Origin: Nitrosopumilus maritimus SCM1
GTDB lineage: Archaea; Thermoproteota; Nitrososphaeria; Nitrososphaerales; Nitrosopumilaceae
Direction: 5' to 3'
Length of the DNA: 32,000 bases
NCBI RefSeq assembly: GCF_000018465.1
Contig: NC_010085.1
Location: 480,001 to 512,000 of the forward strand
Shown here piece after piece: positions 24,807 through 32,000 of the stretch. The position numbers were made by a program, and so were the translations under genes. Below the pieces are notes generated by a model. It made no database searches, had not been told where the DNA came from, and saw only the letters and a program-made list of their open reading frames with translations. The first letter of the stretch is position 1. Each line of letters begins with the position of its first letter.

Positions 24807-24946
24807 AAAATAATCTAATTTTCTTTAGATATTAGGATTTTTCTAAAAATTTAGTTCGTTCTATTGAATCCCTGTTACAACAATGTTCTAAACCACTTTA
24901 TTCATCTTTTACAAAATTCATTAAGCCGTCTCTAGAGTCCCATGTT

Positions 24947-25693
24947 ATGTATGGTGATGCATGGGATGACATGTCTTCTGAATATGATAATTGCGTAGAA
25001 AATAACCCTAATTCTGTCATTTCCAATTTTATCGATAAAGAAATTAAAATCATTTCTAATCTTTGCAAAAATTTTATTCACCCTGAAAAAAAATACACCA
25101 TAATTGATCTTGGCTGTGGGACTGGTAGAGTATTATTTTCTTTGTACAATATTTTAGGAGATTCTATATCTTACTGGGGTCTTGATGCATCAGAACCAAT
25201 GATCAAACTATCAAAAACAAAACAATCTCAGTTGAATTTGAAAAACATCTCCTTTCAAAACTATGATGTCACTGATACCAAAATAGATGAATTATTTGAT
25301 GATGATACTATCAAAATCCCAATGTGTGTTTACAATACTGTAGGTGTCATTCCAATTTCAAAAAGAGAACAATTTTTTGATAATATGAACAGACTAGCAG
25401 GAAAAGATGGATTTGTGTTGTTGTCTGCATTTAATGGCGATGATTTTGCATTTGCATCTCCACAAATCTATCATCCAATGAAAAGTATGGTAAAACAAAT
25501 TGATACAGATTCATTTGATGAAGAAAAATTGGCATTTAGAAACAGTCTTGGATATTATAGTCAGTGGTTCAAAAAAACACAACTTCAACAATTTTTAAAA
25601 TCTGATGTAGATCCTATCCCAATTGAAGTTCCGATTGATGATGTATCTAGAATCCTTGGCCATGTATTTGTTGATAGATTCATAGAAAATTGA
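24947..25693 (+). CDS. class I SAM-dependent methyltransferase
   Basis: 248 aa with motif I IIDLGCGTGRVLFSL and a downstream acidic LDASEPM. Confidence 0.8.
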   Translation: MYGDAWDDMSSEYDNCVENNPNSVISNFIDKEIKIISNLCKNFIHPEKKYTIIDLGCGTGRVLFSLYNILGDSISYWGLDASEPMIKLSKTKQSQLNLKNISFQNYDVTDTKIDELFDDDTIKIPMCVYNTVGVIPISKREQFFDNMNRLAGKDGFVLLSAFNGDDFAFASPQIYHPMKSMVKQIDTDSFDEEKLAFRNSLGYYSQWFKKTQLQQFLKSDVDPIPIEVPIDDVSRILGHVFVDRFIEN

Positions 25694-25749
25694 TTGTGCA
25701 AGACAGTGCAGTCCTATCAGTTAAATCAATTTTTAAATTATTTTCTTTA

Positions 25750-26082
25750 ATGTCTCAAATAGAAGCCCAATACAACGAATTTACCAATTCAATAACTCAG
25801 ACTCTTTCAAATGTTGATGTCGATCTCTTACTCAAGATAATGTATCTTGAAAGAAAACTTCCAGATGCTCCTCCAATGGTTGAATTAACTATTGACTATA
25901 ATTCCGGCACAAATATCCAAAACAAACAAGAAGCAGTTAGAGCAAAATATGGATTCCCAATGAATGCTGGTGAGCATGGATTGACTCTAGTTGGTCGAAT
26001 GACAGTACCATTAATTGAAGAACTCTCTAAAAATCGAGATGTCAAATTCATTTCTGGTAAAGCAACCCCTGCATCATACTGA
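25750..26082 (+). CDS. hypothetical protein (110 aa from first ATG; ORF-track frame begins at TTG 25690)
   Basis: The open frame overlaps the methyltransferase stop if TTG 25690 is used. There are no recognisable motifs and the start is uncertain. Confidence 0.45.
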   Translation: MSQIEAQYNEFTNSITQTLSNVDVDLLLKIMYLERKLPDAPPMVELTIDYNSGTNIQNKQEAVRAKYGFPMNAGEHGLTLVGRMTVPLIEELSKNRDVKFISGKATPASY

Positions 26083-26185
26083 TGCTGGAATTTCTCACTT
26101 TTTCTAAATTTTTAAAATAATCTTTTGTCTATTGTTGGCACTAGAAACTTTTTTCTAATTTAGTTAAAAGCAATCCTGCAGTTTT

Positions 26186-26860
26186 TTGTATTATGAGGAC
26201 ATACACTTCTTGGGGGATCTGTATTTGCGAGGAATATTTGAGTCACTAATTGTATTTGGTATAATGACTGGATTGCTATTGCCAGCAAGATTACTTTTTG
26301 TTGAATTTGTTTCTGATGATTGGTTAGGTTCCTTTGGTATTATCACTGCTATTTCTATGTCTGTCATAATTTTAGCAAAGAAACAGAAATTAGGATTCTT
26401 TGGTTCTATGCTTGAGAGACAAATCTACAAATTTCAAAAGGGAAAACGTGGAATTGTAGTATTTGGTGAATCTGTATTTTTGCTTTTGATTTTAGGTACG
26501 ATGATTGTAGCAATTGATCAAGGTAGCTCAATTCACTCTCAATACATGTTACAAAATTTTGAAACTATTCCAATGATGAATTCTCCAGAACAAGTTTTGG
26601 AAATGACAACTGAAATGAGTCCTACTGATTGGATTGTTGGATTCTTGTTAGCACCTTCAGCATTATTGACTGAATTTCCTAAAATGAGTGCAGCGATTGC
26701 ATCCATTGATCAATCCCTTGATGGATGGTTAATGCATTTTTACACTGTAGGATTTGTAGAATATTTGGAGTTGTTGGGAATTTTGATTTTCTATAGAGTT
26801 TCATTTAAGAGAAAAATCTCTGTTACTGCCAATCAATTGTATGTCAAGGCTGCAATTTAA
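26186..26860 (+). CDS. hypothetical integral membrane protein
   Basis: 224 aa with a TTG start. It has several hydrophobic segments (IVFGIMTGLLLPA, FGIITAISMSVIIL, VFLLLILGTMIVAI, LLGILIFY). Confidence 0.55.
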   Translation: MYYEDIHFLGDLYLRGIFESLIVFGIMTGLLLPARLLFVEFVSDDWLGSFGIITAISMSVIILAKKQKLGFFGSMLERQIYKFQKGKRGIVVFGESVFLLLILGTMIVAIDQGSSIHSQYMLQNFETIPMMNSPEQVLEMTTEMSPTDWIVGFLLAPSALLTEFPKMSAAIASIDQSLDGWLMHFYTVGFVEYLELLGILIFYRVSFKRKISVTANQLYVKAAI

Positions 26861-26913
26861 CATCATTAATTCCTACGATATGATTATCTTAAATATTATA
26901 ACATAATACGACA

Positions 26914-27315
26914 ATGGTGAGTCGCGAAGATTTCAATTCTTCATCAATCAAAGTGCAAGACATTATGACACGTGCACTAATTACCGTAAATCCTAACACA
27001 ACTGCATTGCAGGTGGCAAAAATGATGGAACAAGGAGGAATAGGTGCAGTCATTGTAAAAGATGGTGATGATCTTGTAGGTATTGTTACTGACAGAGATT
27101 ACGCAACAAAGATTGCTGCAAATAATCTTCCTTTTGACACTACTGTTGAGAAAATAATGTCTTCTCCATTAATCACAATTAATCAAGGAGAGCCAATATC
27201 TGCTGCTGCAGAAACAATGGCTAGTAAAAAAATAAGAAAACTTGCAGTATCTGATAATGGTAACATTACTGGAATTATCACTTCTACTGATTTAGTTAAT
27301 CAACTAGCAAAGTAA
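26914..27315 (+). CDS. CBS-domain pair protein
   Basis: 133 aa with two CBS repeats (DIMTRALITVNPNTT...GIVTDRD and KIMSSPLITIN...GIITSTD). Confidence 0.85.
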   Translation: MVSREDFNSSSIKVQDIMTRALITVNPNTTALQVAKMMEQGGIGAVIVKDGDDLVGIVTDRDYATKIAANNLPFDTTVEKIMSSPLITINQGEPISAAAETMASKKIRKLAVSDNGNITGIITSTDLVNQLAK

Positions 27316-27741
27316 CTAGTACGTTTTTGTCTTTCTAAGAAATAACGTAACTGATGCCATATAACATGCAGTAGCAATCATTTCAGAAATTAATGATGCT
27401 ATGAATGGCTCTATTCCAATTTCTAGAAAATAGTAAAAAGTTGGCCATCTTATTCCAAGGTAAACAATTTCTCCTACTCCAAATGATGAAATTAATGCAA
27501 GTAACTCTTTTTTGATTAATTCTCTTTTCATAGATTTGTAACGATCTTTGTTATCCCAATAGAACAATCCTGAAAAAATTCCAAAATAAACAACATATCC
27601 AAAAATTATGGTAAAGGTTGTGTTTAGATAATTGTCGTATCCTGATAACATTTGAGCAAACACTGCAGAAAGTGATGCAGAGATTACAAAACATATGAGA
27701 AAACTCCTGTTGATTCTAAGTAGCTGCTGATTTAGTTTCAT
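27316..27741 (-). CDS. hypothetical small membrane protein (about 4 TM)
   Basis: 141 aa with four hydrophobic stretches. Its stop abuts the stop of the CBS gene (convergent, no gap). Confidence 0.6.
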   Translation of the reverse strand: MKLNQQLLRINRSFLICFVISASLSAVFAQMLSGYDNYLNTTFTIIFGYVVYFGIFSGLFYWDNKDRYKSMKRELIKKELLALISSFGVGEIVYLGIRWPTFYYFLEIGIEPFIASLISEMIATACYMASVTLFLRKTKTY

Positions 27742-27792
27742 GATTTTTCAATAATTTGATAACTAATATTTTGTTAGAGTTTTGAGCAAATT

Positions 27793-28344
27793 ATGAAGCG
27801 ATGCAAATGGGCTACAGAGGAGCCAAACATAACCTATCATGATAAAGAATGGGGAAGACCTCAACATAATGATCAAAAATTATTTGAATTTTTAGTCCTG
27901 GAGGGTGCTCAGGCTGGTCTTTCATGGGTAACTATTCTCAAGCGTCGAAATGGCTACAAAAAAGCATTTTCTGATTTTGATGTCCTCAAAGTTTCAAAAT
28001 ATTCTGAAAAACGAATATTGAAATTATTGCAAGACGAATCCATAATTCGAAACAAACTCAAAATCAATTCTGCAGTAAATAATGCAAAACAATTTCTCAA
28101 AATCCAAGAAGAATTTGGTTCTTTTGACAAATATCTCTGGAGTTTTGTAAATGGAAAACCAATCAAAAATAAATTCAAAAAATTATCTGATTTACCTGCA
28201 TCAACTGAAATATCTGAAAAGCTTAGCAAAGACCTCAAAAAACATGGATTTAGTTTTGTTGGACCTACAATATGTTATGCATTAATGCAGGCAATAGGAA
28301 TGGTCAATGATCATACAACTGAGTGTTTTTTGCATGGAAAATGA
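27793..28344 (+). CDS. tag: DNA-3-methyladenine glycosylase I
   Basis: 183 aa. The sequence CKWATEEPNITYHDKEWGRPQHNDQKLFEFLVLEGAQAGLSW and the C-terminal HTTECF are Tag signatures. Confidence 0.92.
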   Translation: MKRCKWATEEPNITYHDKEWGRPQHNDQKLFEFLVLEGAQAGLSWVTILKRRNGYKKAFSDFDVLKVSKYSEKRILKLLQDESIIRNKLKINSAVNNAKQFLKIQEEFGSFDKYLWSFVNGKPIKNKFKKLSDLPASTEISEKLSKDLKKHGFSFVGPTICYALMQAIGMVNDHTTECFLHGK

Positions 28345-28372
28345 TTTTATTCTCCTACAATCTTGAAAAATT

Positions 28373-28744
28373 ATGGCAGAAGGAACATTTGCAACATCTG
28401 TAACTTGTATGGATGGTAGAATACAACTACCTCTTGCAAAATGGATCAAAGAAAATTATTCTGTTGATTATGTTGATGCAATTACAGAACCAGGTGTTGA
28501 TAAAAAAGTTTCAGACAATTCTGATCTTGAATCCATAAAGACAAAAGTTGGAATTTCAATTAATGCACACAAATCCGAACTAATCGTAGTGTCAGGTCAC
28601 TATGATTGTGCTGGTAACCCAGTTTCAGATGAAGAACACAAATCCCAAATCAAAAAAGGTGTTGAAGTTATTTCATCTTGGAATACTGGTGCTAAAGTTA
28701 TCGGTGTTTGGGTTGACGATACTTGGAATATCAACGTGTTATAG
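28373..28744 (+). CDS. 123-aa protein with beta-carbonic-anhydrase-like zinc-site motifs
   Basis: C12-M-D14-G-R16 matches the CxDxR motif. LIVVSG-H76-YD-C79-AG matches the hhhxGHxxC motif. The spacing of 64 residues is similar to beta-CAs, but the protein is much shorter than known beta-CAs. It lies 4 nt upstream of the transporter gene. Confidence 0.6.
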   Translation: MAEGTFATSVTCMDGRIQLPLAKWIKENYSVDYVDAITEPGVDKKVSDNSDLESIKTKVGISINAHKSELIVVSGHYDCAGNPVSDEEHKSQIKKGVEVISSWNTGAKVIGVWVDDTWNINVL

Positions 28745-28748
28745 AATA

Positions 28749-30014
28749 ATGGGTTCAAAACTTTCTCATTTTTCAAAAACAGCAGGACCTGGAATTTTAT
28801 TTGCTTGTACTGCCATAGGCGTCTCACACTTAATCCAGTCGACTCGTGCTGGCGCTGATTTTGGTTTAATGATCTTGGGGTTTGTTGTGCTTGCAACTGT
28901 GCTCAAATATCCTTTCTTTGAGTTTGGTTCTCGTTATGCAAACTCTACTCAAACAAGTATCATTGATGGATACAAAAAACTTGGAAAGCCAGCACTGTGG
29001 ATGTATTTTATAATCACAATCTGTTCAATGTTTTTTGTAACTGGTGCAGTAGGATTTGTAACTGCTGGATTTTTCGAGAATTTGTTTGGAATTGATTTTC
29101 TTGAAGAGTTCACTGTAGTTATTTTATTTGCAATTTGTGTTGGGATTCTAGCTGTTGGAAAATACAACGTTCTTGATAGTTTGATTAAGATTATTGCAAT
29201 TGTTTTACTTGTCTCAACTGTTTCAGCCTTTTTGTTAGCATTGTATAATGGTCCAATAGAAGAGGTTTCTGGATTTGCTCCAAAAGAACTTTGGAATTTG
29301 ACTGGAATCTTTTTCTTATTAGCATTAATGGGTTGGATGCCTGCTCCTCTTGATCTTTCTAGCTGGAATAGTTTATGGACACTTGAAAGATCAAAACAAA
29401 CTAGTTATCGACCAAAATTAAAAGAAACACTGTTAGAATTCAGATTGGCTTATCTGATAACTGGTATCTTGGCAGTCATGTTTGTTGTATTAGGTACTTT
29501 CATTTTCTATGGTTCAGGTGAAGAATTACCAAACAGTAATTCTAGTTTTGCTCACAAAGTTGTAACATTGTATACTCAGACTATTGGTGAGTGGAGTTAT
29601 GTCGTTATTGCAGCTTCTGCATTTTCTGTAATGTTTGGAACCATAATTGCGTTGTTTGATGGGTATTCTCGTTCCTTACAAAGAACTGTAGAATTGATTT
29701 TTTCTAAAAAAGAAGAGGCAATACGTACAAAATTCAAGACATTTTATGTTATTTTTCTGATCGTTCTGTCGGTTGGCTCATTGATTGTGATTTTCCAATT
29801 TGCAGGAAATCTAAAAGAATTAGTCGATTTTGCTACCGTTTTGTCTTTTGTAGTCGCGCCAGTTATTGCGATATTTAATTTCAGATTGGTTACTGGAAAG
29901 TATCTTCCAAAAGAATCTCAACCTTCAACTCTGTTGAGAATTTTGAGTTTTGCAGGAATTGTATTCCTTAGTGGATTTGCAATATTCTTCTTGGCAATGA
30001 AATTCTTATCATAA
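28749..30014 (+). CDS. Nramp-superfamily-like membrane transporter with non-canonical metal-site residues
   Basis: The ORF-track frame begins at 28602, inside the previous gene. ATG 28749 gives MGSKLSHFSKTAGPGILFACTAIGVSHLIQSTRAGADFG, which aligns by eye to the Nramp TM1 region (GPxF..[9 protein letters not shown]...QAGA.FGY). The protein is 421 aa and multi-TM. Confidence 0.75.
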   Translation: MGSKLSHFSKTAGPGILFACTAIGVSHLIQSTRAGADFGLMILGFVVLATVLKYPFFEFGSRYANSTQTSIIDGYKKLGKPALWMYFIITICSMFFVTGAVGFVTAGFFENLFGIDFLEEFTVVILFAICVGILAVGKYNVLDSLIKIIAIVLLVSTVSAFLLALYNGPIEEVSGFAPKELWNLTGIFFLLALMGWMPAPLDLSSWNSLWTLERSKQTSYRPKLKETLLEFRLAYLITGILAVMFVVLGTFIFYGSGEELPNSNSSFAHKVVTLYTQTIGEWSYVVIAASAFSVMFGTIIALFDGYSRSLQRTVELIFSKKEEAIRTKFKTFYVIFLIVLSVGSLIVIFQFAGNLKELVDFATVLSFVVAPVIAIFNFRLVTGKYLPKESQPSTLLRILSFAGIVFLSGFAIFFLAMKFLS

Positions 30015-30080
30015 TTTGTACCATAAGCTTAGCCTTAGCAAGTTTTTTTAATAGAAAATAACACAATACTTTTGAAAATC

Positions 30081-30596
30081 ATGCGAATTTCTCCAAAAAT
30101 GAAAAAAGCTCTCAATGATCAAATTGCTTTAGAGGCTGCAGCTTCTAATAGCTACTTGGCAATGGCTTCATGGTGTGAAGTTACAGGATACCAAGGCGGT
30201 GCTGATTTTTTTTATGCACAATCTGATGAGGAAAAAACTCACATGCTAAAAATAATCCATTACCTAAATGACATTGGAGCTACCGCAACAATTCCTGCAG
30301 TAAAAGCACCAACAAGTTCTTACAAATCACTTGAAGGTGTAGTTAAAACTGCTCTAAAAAGTGAACAAACTGTTACAAAAGCAATTCACAAAATGGTTGA
30401 ACTCTCTCACAAAGAAAAAGATCATTGCACATATGCATTTTTAGAATGGTTTGTCAACGAACAAGTACAAGAAGAAACAAAATTTGAAACTATATTGCAA
30501 AAATTTGATCTTCTTGGCAGAGACAAATTAGGAATTAATGAAGTAGACAAATTCTTAGCTGCCCAAGCTGGCGATTCTGCTCCTCCTGCAGCTTAG
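30081..30596 (+). CDS. ferritin (non-haem, Ftn-like)
   Basis: ALNDQIALEAAASNSYLAMASWCE...FFYAQSDEEKTHMLKIIHYLND has the ferroxidase-centre pattern. The track start is TTG 30072. ATG 30081 or ATG 30099 are alternative starts. Confidence 0.88.
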   Translation: MRISPKMKKALNDQIALEAAASNSYLAMASWCEVTGYQGGADFFYAQSDEEKTHMLKIIHYLNDIGATATIPAVKAPTSSYKSLEGVVKTALKSEQTVTKAIHKMVELSHKEKDHCTYAFLEWFVNEQVQEETKFETILQKFDLLGRDKLGINEVDKFLAAQAGDSAPPAA

Positions 30597-30599
30597 AAC

Positions 30600-30607
30600 T
30601 TTTTTTT
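30600..30607 (+). terminator. T8 run 4 nt after the ferritin stop (archaeal oligo-T termination signal)
   Basis: The sequence is tag aac tttttttt. Oligo-T tracts are the known archaeal termination signal. Confidence 0.3.
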
Positions 30608-30664
30608 AAAATAATTAACACGGTATTGTTTTCAATTTTGTTTTAATTTCAATTCGCTCTAAAC

Positions 30665-30775
30665 TCTAAGGTTTGTATTTTTCACATTTACAGCCTCGAA
30701 CCATACATTTTCCATTTCCATCCATATGAATTGAATTATCATGATAACATCCAATTATATTATTACTGCACTTCA
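30665..30775 (-). CDS. candidate 36-aa Cys/His-rich micro-protein
   Basis: Manual codon-by-codon translation from ATG 30775 to TAG 30667..30665 gives MKCSNNIIGCYHDNSIHMDGNGKCMVRGCKCEKYKP. It has 5 Cys and 2 His. It is not in the ORF track. Confidence 0.4.
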
Positions 30776-30799
30776 TTTTGATTTTCCTCAAATTAGAAA

Positions 30800-30913
30800 T
30801 TATTTTGACTCGTTATGGTCTTTACCAATGTGAGTAGCAAGGTCAATTACACTACTTCCAAAGTCCTTTCCGCAAAACTTGCAATGAAACGTATACTCAT
30901 TTGACAAGGACAA
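30800..30913 (-). CDS. candidate 37-aa C2H2-like zinc-finger micro-protein (TTG start)
   Basis: Manual translation gives (M)SLSNEYTFHCKFCGKDFGSSVIDLATHIGKDHNESK-stop. The pattern is F-x-C-x2-C-x3-F-x6-L-x2-H-x4-H. There is no in-frame ATG, and TTG occurs at 30913 or 30907. An overlapping ATG frame (MFKNCPCQ.., 25 aa) competes with it. Confidence 0.3.
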   Translation of the reverse strand: MSLSNEYTFHCKFCGKDFGSSVIDLATHIGKDHNESK

Positions 30914-30958
30914 TTCTTGAACATAATATTATTTAAAAAATTTCTAATCTTGATTGAT

Positions 30959-31132
30959 TTATCCGTAAATTAGACAATGTTCGCATTCACAAACATCTTG
31001 TTTTCCTGCTTTCTTCAAACAATTCTTGTGTTGCCCTGCTTGACACTGGACACAAATCTCATCTAGGTTCTCAACAGATGTATATTTTTTTGATTGATCA
31101 AATCCAAAACCTCCATCTTGTGGTCCTACCAT
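30959..31132 (-). CDS. candidate 57-aa Cys/His-rich protein
   Basis: Manual translation from ATG 31132 to TAA 30961..30959 gives MVGPQDGGFGFDQSKKYTSVENLDEICVQCQAGQHKNCLKKAGKQDVCECEHCLIYG. It carries CxxC, H, C, CxCxHC. It falls just under the ORF-track length cutoff. Confidence 0.5.
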   Translation of the reverse strand: MVGPQDGGFGFDQSKKYTSVENLDEICVQCQAGQHKNCLKKAGKQDVCECEHCLIYG

Positions 31133-31163
31133 ATTTTTACATGTATGATGTAGTATTTCTAGT

Positions 31164-31466
31164 TCACTGATTTATTGCAGATTTTATTGTATCAAGTAAT
31201 TCATTTTTATGTTCTTCAATGATTCCTCTTATCTCAAATGAATCAACATATCCTCCAGCTGATGCACGTGTTGCTTTTAGTAAATAATGCAATGCACCCT
31301 CTTCAATTTTTCCAATATAGTATCCATACAAAAAATCTATTTCATTTTCACACTTCCAAATTTTTTTAATGTTTGGAAATGTTTGTTTTATCTCCGAATT
31401 AATTTCTAAAATTCTATTTTTTATGTATTGATCAAGTGATTTTCTAATTGTGGAATCTTGTAACAA
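31164..31466 (-). CDS. hypothetical protein (100 aa, TTG start)
   Basis: It is an ORF-track entry with no in-frame ATG and no recognisable motif. It is on the same strand as, and immediately upstream of, the Cys-rich micro-ORFs. Confidence 0.45.
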   Translation of the reverse strand: MLQDSTIRKSLDQYIKNRILEINSEIKQTFPNIKKIWKCENEIDFLYGYYIGKIEEGALHYLLKATRASAGGYVDSFEIRGIIEEHKNELLDTIKSAINQ

Positions 31467-31492
31467 TTGTAATTTGTTTAGAATCCTTGTTT

Positions 31493-31636
31493 TTAGTCCT
31501 TTTTCTCATCATTGGCATCTTCTGGGTTATCCCACATGTGCATTGTTCCTCTGATCATAAATGAGCCTACGATAATGGCTACTAGCCCTCCTACGATAAA
31601 CACAAAAAATTTACCTACGTCTTTTATGCTTGCCAA
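31493..31636 (-). CDS. possible 47-aa single-TM micro-protein (TTG start)
   Basis: Manual translation gives (M)ASIKDVGKFFVFIVGGLVAIIVGSFMIRGTMHMWDNPEDANDEKKD. It has one clear hydrophobic helix followed by an acidic tail. Support is weak because there is no ATG. Confidence 0.2.
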   Translation of the reverse strand: MASIKDVGKFFVFIVGGLVAIIVGSFMIRGTMHMWDNPEDANDEKKD

Positions 31637-31721
31637 TGATGCTTTATTGTTGTCATTCTAATTATAATTGTCTAAGTGATTCAATTAGATTCAATAATGA
31701 GATTGAAATGAATTTTATCAT

Positions 31722-31820
31722 ATGTCTAGGATTAAACAAATCGCTATTTGGATTGGAATAATCGGTGGAGGAATAGGATTCTTCTTCTTTTCAATAGAAG
31801 CTGCAGAATTTATGCGATAA
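31722..31820 (+). CDS. possible 32-aa single-TM micro-protein
   Basis: ATG 31722 gives MSRIKQIAIWIGIIGGGIGFFFFSIEAAEFMR-stop. It has one hydrophobic Gly-rich helix. Confidence 0.25.
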   Translation: MSRIKQIAIWIGIIGGGIGFFFFSIEAAEFMR

Positions 31821-31860
31821 TTCTCAAAAATTAATTACATCCTAACAACTTGTAAAAATA

Positions 31861-32000
31861 TTGTTTGAAATTACTGAAGAAATCAAGAACTTTTTGAATC
31901 TACAAAAATTAGGTTATGTTGCCACAGTATCTTCCGATGGAATGCCAAACATTTCTCCTAAGGGAACCATAATTGGATGGTCAAAAAACCAATTAGCATT
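31861..32000 (+). CDS. pyridoxamine 5'-phosphate oxidase-family (FMN-binding split barrel) protein, N-terminal part (runs off the right edge)
   Basis: TTG 31861 follows an in-frame TAA at 31843. The translation (M)FEITEEIKNFLNLQKLGYVATVSSDGMPNISPKGTIIGWSKNQLA resembles the usual N-terminus of PNPOx-like proteins. Confidence 0.5.
   Translation, partial: MFEITEEIKNFLNLQKLGYVATVSSDGMPNISPKGTIIGWSKNQLA

Noticed and set aside
28602-28748. N-terminal 49 codons of the ORF-track transporter frame
   Set aside because: This extension lies wholly inside the beta-CA-like gene in another frame. The conserved Nramp-like sequence starts right after ATG 28749. Similar long-ORF extensions were trimmed at 2909-2941 (thiC), 9579-9611 (aroA), 19549-19578 and 19581-19634.
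1-32000. Search for mobile elements, rRNA genes, defence systems (CRISPR-Cas, restriction-modification, toxin-antitoxin)
   Set aside because: I recognised no transposase, integrase, Cas, restriction endonuclease or toxin-like sequence. The two methyltransferases lack adjacent nuclease-like genes, so I do not call them restriction-modification systems.

Overview
This is a visibly AT-rich archaeal chromosomal segment. It most resembles a marine ammonia-oxidising thaumarchaeon (Nitrosopumilus-like). That assignment is an inference from archaeal-only enzyme types (ThiD-ThiN fusion, ADH synthase plus DHQ synthase II, GHMP-type shikimate kinase), a tRNA without encoded CCA, and many tiny Zn-ribbon genes. 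The left 16 kb is core metabolism: a sugar-nucleotide pair, thiamine genes (thiDN, thiC), a nearly uninterrupted 10-gene minus-strand aromatic amino acid string (13801 down to 4253), and a convergent radical-SAM/UbiD pair that looks like menaquinone (futalosine-type) biosynthesis. The right half is accessory-like. It holds a periplasmic-binding-protein/HATPase sensor whose cytoplasmic linker is 23 essentially perfect 18-bp repeats (TPEPEP). It also holds a tandem pair of unrecognisable disordered repeat proteins with a reiterated [ST]LPKG[FM] motif and a 253-bp block of 100% identity. Further right are peroxiredoxin, aquaporin, tRNA-Arg(GCG), two methyltransferase-like modules, Tag glycosylase and a metal-flavoured neighbourhood. 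That neighbourhood contains a 123-aa beta-carbonic-anhydrase-like mini-protein, an Nramp-like transporter with non-canonical site residues, a ferritin, and a run of unannotated Cys/His micro-ORFs. One GC-rich, stem-closed ~90-nt island interrupts the shikimate string and is a candidate orphan structured RNA. I saw no rRNA, CRISPR array, transposase or integrase. All homology calls were made by eye from motifs, and no database search was possible.
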